Of a stretch of 64,000 nucleotides of DNA, positions 38,570-55,032 are shown in pieces. Made by a program: the position numbers and the translations under genes. Position 1 is the first letter of the stretch; the number at the start of each line of letters is the position of its first letter. The stretch covers positions 15,363,807 to 15,427,806 of the forward strand of contig NC_134031.1 of the NCBI RefSeq assembly GCF_964204645.1, given 5' to 3'. The stretch is from Tubulanus polymorphus. Taxonomy: Eukaryota; Animalia; Nemertea. Under the pieces are notes generated by a model. The model was not told the DNA's origin. It saw nothing but the letters and a program-made list of their open reading frames with translations, and did not search any database.

Positions 38570-40189
38570 AGCTCATATTAATCGCGTCGCTACGTTTGAA
38601 CGAGAACACGAACGACATGGAAATGCCGGCGGTGGCGGCGGTGCTTGGTTTTGCGAGTGAAATTTCGTGACATCGAAAAGCATTGCGCGTATCTAGTGGT
38701 GTCACATGTTATTCAAATCGGGTATACGCGAAATTATCATTCTGATAAACGGGGACACTTAATCACGCATTAAGCTCTAAACTTCACCATAATCGTCGTG
38801 TAAATTACGAAATTCTAAAATGCAGCAAATCCGGTCTGCCTGGTTGCGGTGTGTATAATCGACACGCGTCGACCAGTAAACGGAGTAACTACTGGCCGAT
38901 GCACACTCAATATTATACGATATATTCTGCCGCTTGTTAATTGAAATTCTCGCCAAACCTACCCGAACACGTTCGCCACAACTTATGCGTGCGTTTTTCG
39001 TATTTATCCTCCAGATTTACGCGTACTCGTCACATCATTATTAGATCCCGCTCGCTTGTACCGATTGTAACGAGCATCTCTTATACACTCGAGCCACCGA
39101 TCGTGGTATCGACGGACTAACAGTGATAAGGGTAACGCGAAACATTACGCAATACGTTTTTCCAACGCTGTCCCTTTCGTCTTTACAACGAACATCCATA
39201 TGTTTCATGCGTGACATTTTTCATATTCCTAGTTGTTCTACGTCACTGAAACATGCGTTCCACGCGAAGCAGCTGTACAATCAGAAAATCAATCGCCGAT
39301 AAATATCCACGGTCGCGATTCAATGATTACTATCAAAACGTACGTATACAAAATAGAATTTCCTTTCGAAAATCAGGCAGCTGGCGACTAAATTTCAGTT
39401 GAAAATTGGTCGACTATTTAAACCGGTAATTGGAAATCCGACGACCTATCATACAATATACAAAATTAGATTCGGAAATGAAACGTATATGCAGCAAAAT
39501 TAAATCGTAAATACGAACTGTTACACGCTGTGTATATGAAAATTACATCGAGATTTTCAACCGCTGTTTTGTCGAACGGTTTGTCAATAATTCCAAGTGA
39601 AATTTCTTTATTTTTTTTTTAGAATCATTTTTTCATCACTGAACAAAGCGTAGATTTGAATGCAATTCGCGTTATAGCATGACGGAAAATTGAGTTTATG
39701 GCGCGCGTTTGTTTGCGCTACTCTTCAGAAAATGATTGGCAGCAATATTGATGCAGTAGCGGAAAATGAGATTTCAATTTTCACGCGAGTTTTATGCAGT
39801 TAAAAAAAATGTTATATTCTCCATTACTTACATTAACACGGAATTCATCGTGCGAGTCAGATTTTTCTTTTTTTTCTAGTGGTAAAATCTCGTCCATGTT
39901 TCGACACTTTTGGAATGAAATAAAGATATCACGTAAGAATAGGAATTTGATTTATTTGTCATTCTATGTTCTAGATGCGCTCTTACAAAAGCATAACGAT
40001 AATACAATTTTTTGTTTGAGATATATGTGAGAATGTGAGCCGAGGGATTTAGACTAGAGTAATAATTGTCATTTATCCGAACAAGAGTCCAATGCGCTCC
40101 AAATTTGGTATCGTTACCCTCAGCCTATTACTCTATTCATGTATCCATGTATCAGTACCTACCTGGGGAGAGGTAACATCCGAGCTAAT

Positions 40190-40325
40190 ATGTGCGCAGG
40201 AGTCATATATCAGGCCAGGCACCCATTTACTCCTGGGTGGAGGGAGGCAATGAGGATAAGTGTCTTGCCCGAGGACACTACGGTGTTGTACAGGGTTCGA
40301 ACCCACGACCCCACACCGCTCGGAC
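40190..40325 (-). mobile_element. tRNA-derived SINE with conserved core domain
   Basis: Minus strand: GGGTCGTGGGTTCGAACCC (B box) followed by GTGTCCTCGGGCAAGACACTTATCCTCATTGCCTC...CCCAGGAGTAAATGGGTGCCTGGC, a typical metazoan SINE core. Confidence 0.7.
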
Positions 40326-41760
40326 AAGAGTTAAAACATTTTTTCTTCAACTGACTTTAAATCGAATCAAATCAAATAAAATCTTGTCATATTTGCTATC
40401 TAATGACAGAAAACTCTATAGAATAACTAAAAGAATAGCTAATTCTAGCTACGTTGTAATGATAATCAATTTCTTTAGTACGACTGGGAAGGCTTTCTTT
40501 ATTCAAAATGAGGTGATAAGAACGTATCAATTATCGCTTCTAGCCTAAACGGGTAATATCGATCGATGAGATAATTGATGGGCCAGCACAAAGACTCAAT
40601 TGGATCTGTGTCTGTGATTCTGGTAGCTACGACTGTTTTGGCGAAAGAAGTCTCGGTGATGAGCTGTATTATGGCTTCAAGCGATAATCGATGGCCCAGT
40701 CTTACGCGTACGTACGTTCAGAGCGTGCCGCGAGTCAGATCTTTTCGAAATTTCTCACGTGAGGTCGATTTTCGAAGCGGCTTTATGTTCACCGCGTTGT
40801 TTTCTATCCTCCTGGGTACAATATAAGGGCATGATTGCTTTTTAAATTTCTCAGGATATCGCTAGATTATTCATAATCAATTTGTCGATAGAAATTGGAT
40901 CGTCGACTATACACGAAATTCGACGATTTAAGAGCACGAATAATAACTGTTTATTGAGACTTTTGTATCGTAAACTGATAAAATGCACGCATAACTCGAT
41001 AATAGATTCGAAAAATAAAGCGATCAATTCGTCATGGAGTCAATTTCTCATCGCACGAATGGCCATGAAAGCAAACCGATATCGAAGCCGTGTTGATTTG
41101 AGCCTTGTGGCAAAAACTTCAATAACTTATATAAAACTGTGAATGCATAAATTGATAATATGTAATCTCCATCGAAAATACACTATAATAAACAAACTGT
41201 TTCCCCTCAATTTTTGACAAATCCAACTACCCAAAATCTGTGTAATATTTTGTGTAAATTCATTAGAATCTGTACCGGCGTCAAGTGAAAAACCTTTTCT
41301 ATACAGTATTTAATGTTAACCGTTACCCTAACGACTTCGTGTCGATGCTGCAACCAAATGTGACTTATTTTAATTATCATATTATGTAATATTCAAAATA
41401 AAACACCAAGTGATTTGTGTCTAGCGGAAAACCCATTCTATATTTTGTGTAAACCGTGTCCCTAACGACTTCATGTCGATGCAACCAAATGTAACTTATA
41501 TATCATAATTACACATACAGTACCGCGTTTATCTCTGTACTTGAACGTAATTTTAATTGTTTAGTGCAAATTTTCTATGTGACCAATAAATGAAACGAAT
41601 GAATGAACGTGTTGCGACGATAAGATAACGAGAATCCCACAATGATGATGAAAAAAAGCCCAAAAATATTATATATGCTAATAGTCGTCTTCAGGAATAT
41701 AGTCATCTTCAATAGTCATTTAATAGTCATCTCTGGTGGTATTCCTTATTAAGATGATTA

Positions 41761-41931
41761 CAGTGCTACCTCGTTATAACGAACTCGGATACAACGATTA
41801 ATCGGATATTACAAATATAGAATTTCGGGTCCCAAGTAAGAAAATTTGATTAACTCATATTGGATATAACGAACTGTCGGTTATAACAAAAATTCTGGTC
41901 CCGTGAAGTTCGCTGTAGCGAGGTTCCACTG
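41761..41931. mobile_element. pogo/Tigger-like MITE (TA TSD), nested in a Kolobok-like element (~41630-42018)
   Basis: TA|CAGTGCTACCTCGTTATAACGAAC ... GTTCGCTGTAGCGAGGTTCCACTG|TA. Same family as 24031-24206. Confidence 0.8.
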
Positions 41932-43187
41932 TAGTGCATATTCGAAACCTCGATTAAACTACCAGCTCAAGGAAACATTTTCGGACTTAATATATTCTCG
42001 TCGTTATTGCGGGATTATCGGTATATGATAACGTGTAACACCATCGAGAGATAAAGACAGGTTTTACTGGACGTATTTTCCACACGGTGCCGACCCGCTG
42101 TTGACGCTAATGTCAGAATTCATGTGTAATTCACACACGAATATTGAATATCTGATCAACCGCATCATCGCAAGAGCAAAAGCAAATAAATACACGATTA
42201 AAATAGTGTTTTATTCGTATTACATAACGGTGCTATGGTGACGTGCATTTATAGATAGATGATATCGAATGATATTGCGGTTGTATACAGATCGCAAGTG
42301 AAAAAAACCCACATTTTAAGGTTCAAATATTCAACACATTCTAACAGAGTTCACGTTTGAGAATTTTCTAAAAGTTCGTTTTGTTCTTTTCGATCGCGTT
42401 TCGCGGATTCAAATCTAATTCAAACTGAAACTGAAATTGTAGTTATATTAAAAGTATGCATTTAATCATTGAAGTATTACAGAAAACAACTGGCTTATCA
42501 GATGATTACATAGGTATGATTACATATATCTCGTAAATCAAACTGTAATCATAGTTTATTATGTGTGCATTTTTGTTTGTTGAGGGTTGACTGTGAGCGT
42601 GTTCTTTACATTTCTCATTTTTCTTCTTCAATTTTCCCTTTTGAGGGACCTGTTTTATATAAATTATTTCATAGTTTCTACAAATCTCTCCAGTCTAATT
42701 TACTGTATTTTGTATTATGCTTTTTTGTACACTATATGCCGTAAATTATATTTCAAAATAAAGCGTTCGTTCATTCGTTCAAAAACGTGCTATAATATCA
42801 ACAGGGTTCTGATTCGCCCCTACGTGATGGATCTTCTTGCTCCGTCGATTTAATAACAATTAATAATTTCATGAAATGATACGATCGTTTGGATAATTAG
42901 AACGATTAATTATTCAATTCGTGTTGAAATAAAACGGTGCCCCTGATGATTGAAAAATGACTCGGAAGGTTTACAACGCTTGCCTCGCATTTCGTGTATC
43001 CTCCCGCCATCTAGTGACAAATGTTTTAACTTTAACGAGTCGCCAGTCTTTTTGAACATCATAGAATTTCTAGTAATTTTCTCTAATTCCTTTCAGGGAA
43101 GACTCTTAGAGGAGCCGCGTGTTAACCGAGTGTAGAAAAAAGCAGCGAGGCGAGTACTACTTTATAGGTTAACTATTCTATTTGGCG

Positions 43188-43228
43188 CACGAACTTTCGC
43201 TACTAATGTATAGAAGCTTCATCAGGTG
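43188..43228 (-). ncRNA. Minimal hammerhead-ribozyme-like motif within an inverted repeat (43164-43299)
   Basis: Minus strand: CAC-CTGATGA-A-GCT(...)AGC-GAAA-GT-TC-GTG. A degenerate mirror copy lies on the plus strand at ~43235-43277, and a related copy at ~29865-29925. Confidence 0.45.
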
Positions 43229-43515
43229 AATGAGTGATGAAGATTCTATATAACATTATTCGCGAAAGCTCGTGCGTTAGATAAAACAGTTAACCTATAT
43301 AGCACTACTCGTTTTGTTGTATTCGTTTTTTTCTGTAATGGCACGAAAAGGTGCTACCGGAGAGCTTTTCTTCTGCCACAACGGCTGCGACTCGAAGTTG
43401 CAAGGTCGAGTCGACTTCGAAAGTGCTTCGAATTACGTATAAATTGAAGAGAATTTTTTTTGTATACGGTTTTTGCTCTATAAGTCCTATAATGTGGCAT
43501 CGGCTCCGACTGCTC

Positions 43516-45831
43516 CTAAACTTGTCCGTTTGGTTCACATAGAATCGGACGCACGTATGAACTTAGATTGCATTGGTATTCGAAATCAACGCTGTAGTCC
43601 TCAGCAGTCTCACCGTCAACGTTCAACATTGAACAGTATTTACCAATCTTAGTTTTTCTCCAATAGTAGAAAGCTGTCAAACAAAAATATATAAATGACA
43701 CAAACTATGATAAATTACGCATAAAATGTCAATTTGATGCTCCACCCTTTCGTTGTACGTTGTACAGCGAGGGTGTAAATTCGGATTTGTTTGGCAGCAA
43801 TTATGATGCTAAGTCTGACAAGAAAATGATACCTTGTTTCTCCTTTCTGCTGAGCTTTAGAGTTGACCCGGCCAGTCACCTTATTTACCCTGTACATTAC
43901 GTTTTAAAACATCATGTTCAAGCTTACAATAAACAGACATGAAATGAACTGATGAACAAGTTTTATTGCGATTTACAAAATGACCCGGCCGATTAGGAGA
44001 AACAGGGTATAATTTTTATCCTAAATCTTCGTTCGTAATACATATCAGATTCACTATCAATTATTCAAATGTTTAAGACTACATTTCATGGAATAGCATC
44101 CATCAACGTCTTCATTAGTTAGTTACCTAATCGTTGGCGGTAGCTATTATAATCGGATGGGCTTATACCAACATCCGATCGTGAAACTAAACCACAGACA
44201 GGATACTGACTGAGGTCTTTACTTACTTGGATTGGCGCCGAAGGGACGGACAAAGTGCCAAATAGCTTTCCTTTTGAGAACGGCGTTGGCATTTGCCGCC
44301 AGATCAACCAACGACGAACCCGATGGACAATTGTTTACTGCCTGATTATGCGTGACCTTATTCGTGTCTACGGAGAAACACCACGACATCACACGGCTGA
44401 ACCCATCGAGGCATTGAATATCTGAAATTTGAGAGACACCTCACATATTCACTGACAGGGGCGCATCTAGGATTTTCCGGGGGGGGGGGGGGTGTCCAAT
44501 GAGAAAAAGAGCAGTTTTCATGAAACACCACGTACTCCGGACACTTCTTCAACATTTTAGGGGGTTTCATACGTTGAAAAAAAATATTGTAGGTGGAAAA
44601 CCTTGGACAAAGAAATTTTTGGGTGACATTTTTGAAGGCACTTCAAAGTTGAGGGGGATCCGGACACCCAGACTTCCCCTGGATCTGATGACGTATTGAG
44701 CTCGCATTCAGGGCCAACTCCGGTTTTGGTAGCTAGTCGACTGGTGGTCGGAACTAATAACCGAACGCACTATAGTTCGGTCGTAACGTATTTCACAGTG
44801 TCGGCCATCTTGGAAATGGGTCGGAACTACAGCGATCGTGCTCAATCCCGTGGTCGACCATTTCCGGACCATAGTTCCGACAAACAGATATTCGGTAACC
44901 GACTAACTCCGATAACCGAAGTTCGCCCAGGTCGTCAAAAGTGAATATTGTATTATACGCAAATCTACGGTGGCTGATTTGTATGGTGGCTGATTCGGGC
45001 CATACTAAAAAAATGCAACGATAAACAAATTTTCGCATTGGCCCGTTTTTGGTTTTCTCGCGCAAGAATTAAAAAAAGTTTGGTTTTCTCGCGTGAGAAT
45101 TCAAAACTTTTTTTAAAATTCCGCACGAGAAAACAAAACATTTCGGTTTACTCGCACGAGAATTCAAAAAGTTTGGTTTTCTCGCGCGAGAATTCGAAAC
45201 TTTTTGAATTCCGCACGAGAAAACAAAACATTTTCGTTTTCTCGCGTGAGAATTCAAATTTTTCATCTAGCTTCTAGGCAGTCAGAAAAAGTTTTTCAAT
45301 CCAAAATGTTTTGTTTTCACGCGCGAGAAAATAAAAAAACGGGCCAATGTGAAATTTTTTTTAACGTGTTTTATAGCCGTACAGAGAAATTTTTCAGTAT
45401 GGCCCGAATCAGCCACCGCACAAATCAGATTGTGTTCTATGAAATTTCTATCGCTAATTTTACTTACTTGGATTTTCGTAGATCGAGAATTTCTTATCGA
45501 TCTGTATTATTCCAGCTGGTGCCGTCGCCGACGACCGCGTAACATACAATAAGCCTAGGTTACCCTGACCCCCGTGCTGGGTATCTTTGGCGTACGAAAA
45601 CCCGTTACATCGCTGCGCATTTTCGGCACACTGCGCCGCGCACCGGATGCGGGTAGCTTTCGGCCCGCTAAGCGCCATGAATATGTTCCCGGTGACGTTC
45701 TGCGGGTCGTAGACTTTCCCGCGAAAGGTTCGGGCGAATTCCGCGGTATTCGAGGTCGCCGCACAATTAGTATCCGACGAGCGACCGACCAATATTAGCA
45801 AACTTGCGATATATCTTACTACTAAAAACAT
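43516..45831 (-). CDS. Secreted PAN/apple-like + C-type-lectin-like protein, ~238 aa, 3 exons
   Basis: Exons 45831-45468, 44421-44227 and 43673-43516 (both donors A|GTAAGT, phase 1). Signal peptide; CAAQCAENAQRCNGFSY (PAN-like); CLDGF..VMSWCF...A.NNC....LV and C....C......ILCE (CTLD cysteine framework). Confidence 0.7.
43829..44009. mobile_element. MITE with ATACC(T/C)TGTTTCTCCT ends
   Basis: ATACCTTGTTTCTCCT...AGGAGAAACAGGGTAT. Partial copies near 7038 (reverse), 29094 and 48997. Confidence 0.55.
44984..45418. mobile_element. MITE with internal ~30/60 bp tandem subrepeats
   Basis: TIR GGTGGCTGATTCGGGCCATACT / AGTATGGCCCGAATCAGCCACC; inner TTGGCCCGTTTTT / AAAAAACGGGCCAA; repeated TTTTCTCGCGTGAGAATTCAAAA units. 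Confidence 0.8.
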
Positions 45832-47408
45832 GATGTCTCGAATTTGACGAATTTAAAAGATAGTGACCCGCAAAATGTTGGAGCAGCCCTTTTTTGACCG
45901 CCAAGTTGTTTCGGATTCGATCCACGATCGAAGCTGTTTCAGACACGCGGCTGCCGAAATGTCTTAACTGCAATTTCAGGTTTTTATTTCAAAAACAATG
46001 ATGAAATGCCCACGTGCCAAAGCACAAGCGCCGAAGATTAGAATCCGAACAGAGACGAGAGAATCGTCATGGAAAATTTGCGGGGAACTTTGTCAATAAA
46101 CGAGACGCACAACTACACGCGACTAGCCGAAGCATGTTTTCGACGATAAAACCAACACAAAACAATTATCCGCCACGAGTCAAAGCAATCGAAAACGTTT
46201 AGTAATCTTCGCTTCGCGTGACAAGAACTCGCAAATAATGGGAAGACAAAATGAAAACTGATTAATTTTATTGAGTTGTGACATTGTAAATAAATTAACT
46301 TTCACGTGAGTACCGACAGGCGTCGCGAATGGTGGCAACTCAACTTTACTATCGCGAATATAGCAGTACTGGGCGCTACTGGGTAATCGTAATTTCACGA
46401 CCATCAACTTTCTTATATCACGTATAAGAAGGATGCGCATTTCTATTTGAAACGTTCTCTTGATTTTAAAGAAAACATAGCATGCAATCACTGGCCACAG
46501 AGAACTAAACTATCGTAGTTCAAGAAAAGATAAAATAAGATAATTTTACAACATAATTAATACATGCACATAATATTTGCAGTACACTTTACAATTCATG
46601 AGAGATCAATATCTAAAACGTTTGTTAAACATTTTGTTAATTGGTAGGTTGGAGTATCAAGACCGTATCCAGGATCAAAAGAAAGGGGTGGGGGTAGGGG
46701 CTGTTGTCCAATTGAGAAATTAAGGGCGTTTTTCTAAGTTTCGCTGCAAATTCGTTGCTCACACACACAATGATGTTTTAGATAATCTAGAATTGGAAAA
46801 ACAGCTAATTATTGCCACAACAAAATGTTGGATTTTTTCAGTTGTTCAATGATCGTTATCAATGATCTGAAAATTTTCAGTCCAGAATATTTGAGGATGG
46901 ACATTTTAAAGGACCTAAATGTTAGGGGAGGTACCTGGATCCCCATGGTTACCCCCTGAATCCACCGCTGGGTTTTGGATATATCAAAGTTTCTGTAAGT
47001 ACATGTATTTCGATTTGAAATGATTTCTCGAACACTGGTCGAAACTAATTTCACACTGAATTAATGCTGCATTTTTGTTCAACACGACCCATAGTCTGAA
47101 TACCTGACCTTCTAACGGTCCCCTGTTTGAGGAAAAAACGGCTAGGTACTAGACTACGCGACCCCCGAATTCATTATGCGTAATCATCGTTCGCGAACTC
47201 TGATGATTGTGCAAACAATCATTATAAATATGTTTGAACGTAATTATCGGGAAAAATACCATTTATACAATATAAAATAATTACCTGTATCGCCAGGCCT
47301 ATTATCAAAAATTACTCCCGTTTAGCGGAAAATAATCGAGCTAGTCTATATAAACAGGACACTCAGTACCACCAGAAAGGTTAGAAAGGTTTTGTTCCGT
47401 GTGTCGAA

Positions 47409-48323
47409 ATGGATTTTACGCTGAGGATTTTATTGTTTTCTTGTATCATCGGTAAATATTCGGATCCAGTCTCTCAGGTATACATGTCCGGGGTAAAAAT
47501 CTGTATAATAAAGTTTCCTTTTGTTTCACACTTTCAGGAGTGGCGGCGAGTGTACGCTGTTACCACTGCGGTTATTACAAAGAGATGCCTGATCATTTAA
47601 AGAGATACTGGGTCACGAGACCGATCTCCAAGGATTGCTTGAAACCGAAGTCTAGCATGTTGAAAAGCTGCCCAGGAGGATACCGATGCGGCGTAGGTTT
47701 TATCATATAATAAATATCTCTGGATAATTCTAAAATTGTCTCTCTAATTCATTATGTTTCATAAGAAACGTATACAGTTTTTCGTGAGATATTCAGTAAA
47801 TAATTTCAAAACTTCGAGAACAGATGATAAGTTTTAAACCCACTACATACAGAATTTAAAGATCAAGAAACTAATTTTATTTAACGAAGACTTAGAATAA
47901 AAATATGCGGCGTTTCGAACTCTCCCTTGAGATCCGCGCCTGGCGATGATCTCTTGTGTGAGTTCGAGACGTCGCGTATCTTGATTTTAATTCTTGATAA
48001 ATAAAATTCGTTTTTAATCATGTCTTTGATTAGAAACATCAGATAGATTTCGTTGTGACATGTCGACGTTTCATTTCTAGTTTTCCTTTTATCATACAAT
48101 TAACGACCTTCTACTTTGTAAACTTCAGGAAGGAGCCGTAACTTATAAAGGCTTGAAGTTCTACGAACGGTTATGCGTGCCGTCGATGGCCTGTATGTCG
48201 AAAGCACGAATGCAGGGTTTGGTAAAAACTCTTGACAAGGATCTGAAAGTGGAAAGTTTTCATTGCTGTACAGGAAGTCGATGTAATCGAACTCCGTCGA
48301 CAAAACTTATTAGCAAACAATGA
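47409..48323 (+). CDS. Secreted three-finger (Ly6/uPAR, LU-domain) protein, 130 aa, 3 exons
   Basis: TATA-like TATATAAA ~47347; exons 47409-47451, 47538-47692 and 48129-48323 join in frame. Signal peptide, then VRCYHC...DC...SC...RC...LC...AC...HCCTGSRCN (10 Cys, CC-x4-CN end). Confidence 0.8.
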
Positions 48324-51300
48324 AGAGACGGATGAGACCCGCGCATTCTCGGAAAAAGTTGGAGCATTCCAAGCTTGTCTTTTCAGGCATTTCAGAGATT
48401 AAACTCTCTACTTTTTACCACTTCCACCGACCATAAACAACGCGTATTTACCATGTTTTCTCTTTTCTTTGTTTTCTTTCGCTTGTTATTGTCATCATTC
48501 TGATAATTGTCAATACTATATGGCGACCTTGAGTTTGAGGTTGAAAAATTGTAAAACGATTGACGCGCCCTTTCGAAAATCTTTGTTATTGGAAAAAAAA
48601 TTATGCTATAAAATATATACAGCGAATGTTTCATCGAAATAGAATAAACAGACGGTTATTCTTTATCCAAAAAGATATTCATGTGTTCGCAATTTAATGT
48701 GTGCTCTGAATTTTCCAGCAGGATCGCGCGATTCTCTGATGGCAGTGTCGAGTGTCATTTCCACGATAGATGGCGCATAGGTAGAAGGCGGAAGGCGTAG
48801 GCGGAAGTTATACGTTGTCTCGTTGTCATGACACGTAAACTTCAAGTTCGAGCGTATAAGAGAATATGAAACCAAACAGGTTCTATTAAGTAGGCCATTT
48901 TGAATAGAATCGAATCGACAGCACGAAAAAACCTGGAAAACATAATATTTCCCATGAACATGTCGTATTCGTCGTTTCGGCTAAAAATAAAATTGATACC
49001 TTGTTTCTCCTTTCTGCTGAGTGGTGGGCCGGTGGGCCACTATCTACCATGTAATACATTACTTCATTTTAAAATCATGTTCAAGTTAACTATAACGGAC
49101 CCGGCAACTGTTGAAATGAACTGATTACAAATTCTAGTGTGTTTTAGAAAATTTCCCGGCCGGTATCACTTTTAGCCTGATATAAAGACTATCGAAAGCC
49201 CTACGTAGTCAGTATACAAATATATTTTTCAGTTTTTTCTCAACAATCAAACGCTTTCGTCGATTTGGTTACTCGATAGATCGATGATGCCCTTCGCGCT
49301 ATATAATAATGCCATCGTTTAAGATAGAAATTTCCCTAACTTTTAACATAGCCAGTTTACACAGTAAGATTCTTGAAAAACCCTAACAGCGTTAGATCTA
49401 CTTCGCGAATGTGTGAGGGATCACATTTTTAATTACACCAGAAACATGTTTACATTTAATATAGTTGAAATATATCAGTGAGTCATATCTTCGCATATTC
49501 GATCTGAAAATCTAACTTGTAAGACAGTGACACTTATCGACGCGTCTGCAAACTCAGAGTGCTGTATTTGTCTTGGAGATAAGATTCTCGTTGGTAAAAA
49601 CTGTTTAAACGTGAAATGTCGGTTTTGTTTGGTTAAGCGAAAATATTTCCGATATGACTTTTGTAGATTTTGATTTATATGGTGATTCAAAACAAGAAAA
49701 AATACTGTACACTTTAAAAACACTATCAAAAAAGATTTTGTTGTTAGAAACCAACCATGGTTCTAAAAGTCATTGAAAGAAATCAGGATTCGTCACTCCT
49801 CGACAGTGTCTGCGAGAGAACGCGTTCACACAGGACGCCACAGGCCAGTACCGGTACCTTTTGTCAAATTTCAATAGTTTTACAACAGGATCTCTGTGTG
49901 TCTAAATATAAACCCGATTTTTGGAATTCAACCCCGCGTGTGTACGCATTCTCAAGACAAAATATGTATGTCAACTTTCGTCGTGAGAATTCGCGACAGT
50001 GCTCCGCGCGCGGTTTGCTTCCATTGGCGACGGCAAACAAACACGCGCAGTGTGGTTGTCAACCGCGGAACATTTCGCGACAAACAAGTTGAATCAAATC
50101 GTTGTCAACGATTAATCAAGACCTCTACCAGTGCGTGTAATATGAATACGTATTGCAATAGTTTAATTTAGACGGTACTGAGTAACTGAGTAGATACTGG
50201 TCGACGGTACTAGTTTATAGATTAGGGGACCGGCGCGACACTGAACGGGACAAAAAGTCAGATAAAAATTCAAACAATTAACCAAAGATTAGAAACTTAA
50301 TAAGAATGACGTCATACTGAACAGCTCAATTGTTTGGAGAATAGACAATGATGATAGTTTAACTACCTTCAATGATGAATCATATTGGGAGATAAAGGGC
50401 AATTCGAATAAAAACCTTTGCTATAAAAACTAGCTATTATAACTCGTTGGTAACGGGCCTATGAGATCACGACATTCCATATTTAATCAATGTATTCTGT
50501 GTACACGGTATAAATATAGACCGACATTGACATTATACGAGTTTGCACTTGTTAGACCAACGGAAATTTGAAATATGAAATCGACCGTTTAGATTCGAGA
50601 GGATCAACGATTCTATTTAACCGACGATTCTCAAATATAACCATGAGGCTCTTTTGTGAAAAGTCGAGTCGCATCGATGGTCACCATTGAGGATGATGAT
50701 TGAACACCTAGTAAACAGGTGTATATGCGCTTTTAGAAACTCGGCGCCCATTTAGATTTTCGCATCAAACGAAGATCCATAAAATTGTTTTCATCTAAGA
50801 AGCTATACCATTCAAAAGCCCGTTGTCATTTTATAATGGGGACTCGTAAAGGATCATATACAAAAATAGACAATGAAGCGACTACGACTGTTGTATTGCA
50901 AATCTTCTGACCTGGATGCTGAACAGTGGGCTAAAGATTTCACAACACCGATCGCGCCGCAACGACGGGAGGCTATTCTACGCTATCGGCAATTACGCGC
51001 GAATATACAGATTACCTAAGATCTCTGATTGTAGTAATTTTCACCAAAAATTAGATTAAATTGACATGGAAAATAATAGCCTAGTTAAAATGAAAATGAG
51101 ATTAGTTTGATTTTGAGAGTATTTTGATATTTTCGGCAGTTTAGTTGGAGCTCCTTACAGAATATAGAAACTACTCACAAATAGCAGCCAAAATGAAACC
51201 TGATTTATTTTTCGGGAGTCTCTTACAAATGCAGTCCCAGCTAAGTCAGATTTAGTTTCGTTTCCATCTAATAGTTGAAATATGAAAGGTCCCTCATTCA

Positions 51301-51723
51301 ATAGTCCCACAGGTAAAAACAAGCGTCAAGCACTAAAATAACGCTCGTCGATGTTTGTTTTATTTTGACCAGTAGTCATGCAGATGACCTGACCCAAATA
51401 TTTCCCCGGAAATTTTCTATGTTATCGTAGATCCAATGCTGATGTTTATGGGCGTATGTATGACTCACGTAAATTATCAGTACATACACGAAATGCTAAG
51501 CAACAGGTGTCGAAAATATGGTGCCCTCGATCTGCACATGCAGTACATATTACATTAATACCGACGATGTTAATCGTCCCGCGGAAAGAGTCACCCATAT
51601 TTACTAATTCAATTCGAATAAAAATCATCGCTCGAATTCGTTGCCTAAAAGTTAATCCGCCGCAACGGTACGGGTCCTATTTTCGTTGCGGACTAGTCTG
51701 AGCCGAGTAGAACTCGCTCAACT

Positions 51724-51848
51724 ATTGGACGACGCCGATTTTGCGCGGGAAGCGTGTCCAATCATCGACCAGCCCGCGTCATGGAGACGCCGCCGTTGGC
51801 TTTGTCAACAGCGACGGTTTAGTTGCTAGCAACGTCCCCGTATAAATA
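51724..51848 (+). promoter_or_regulatory. Beta-tubulin promoter: two CCAAT boxes, an X-box-like palindrome and a TATA box
   Basis: ATTGG 51724-51728, CCAAT 51758-51762, GTTGCTAGCAAC 51822-51833, TATAAATA 51841-51848; ATG at 51946. Confidence 0.65.
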
Positions 51849-51945
51849 CGCCGGCGCACCCGTCGTTCAGCAGAAGTGCAAAGGCTTTCAAGCTATCTAC
51901 AACGTTAATATAATTTGTATCACAGAAGAAATCTAACCAGCCAAC

Positions 51946-54582
<2,637 letters not shown>

Positions 54583-55032
54583 ACTTGAGCATTTCTCAAA
54601 AAAATGTGAACAAAATATGAAAGTCTTTGCTGTAATCTAAAAAAAGCCCATAGTACTGTATATGTTATCATCGTTTTTGTCTGCTGAAGTCTAAAAATTT
54701 ATTTTCTACTTTATTTATATTTTGGTTAGTACAAGATCCTTTTACTGGGTAACATAATAAAAATTGCAGCATCCCATAAATGATTCTTCTCGCTTTGTTT
54801 TCTTTTTGTTTGTGAGGAAAAACGCTGCAGACATTACCAGAGGAAATCCCAATGCTTCTTGCTCCCTTCATATTTGGCCAAGAGGAATCGCCCTTAAATT
54901 GCAGACTATATATACTTATGAGAATTCACATCTAATTCTGCACTTGACAAGCATTACACGAAAACACACTTCCTAAATAGGAGTTAGAATTTTGAAATAC
55001 ATGTAAATATCTGGTTTGAGGGGCTCGACCAA

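Noticed and set aside
40500-41150. CpG-rich stretch with ~85 aa ORFs
   Set aside because: No recognisable domain, stops on both strands and no convincing splice sites.
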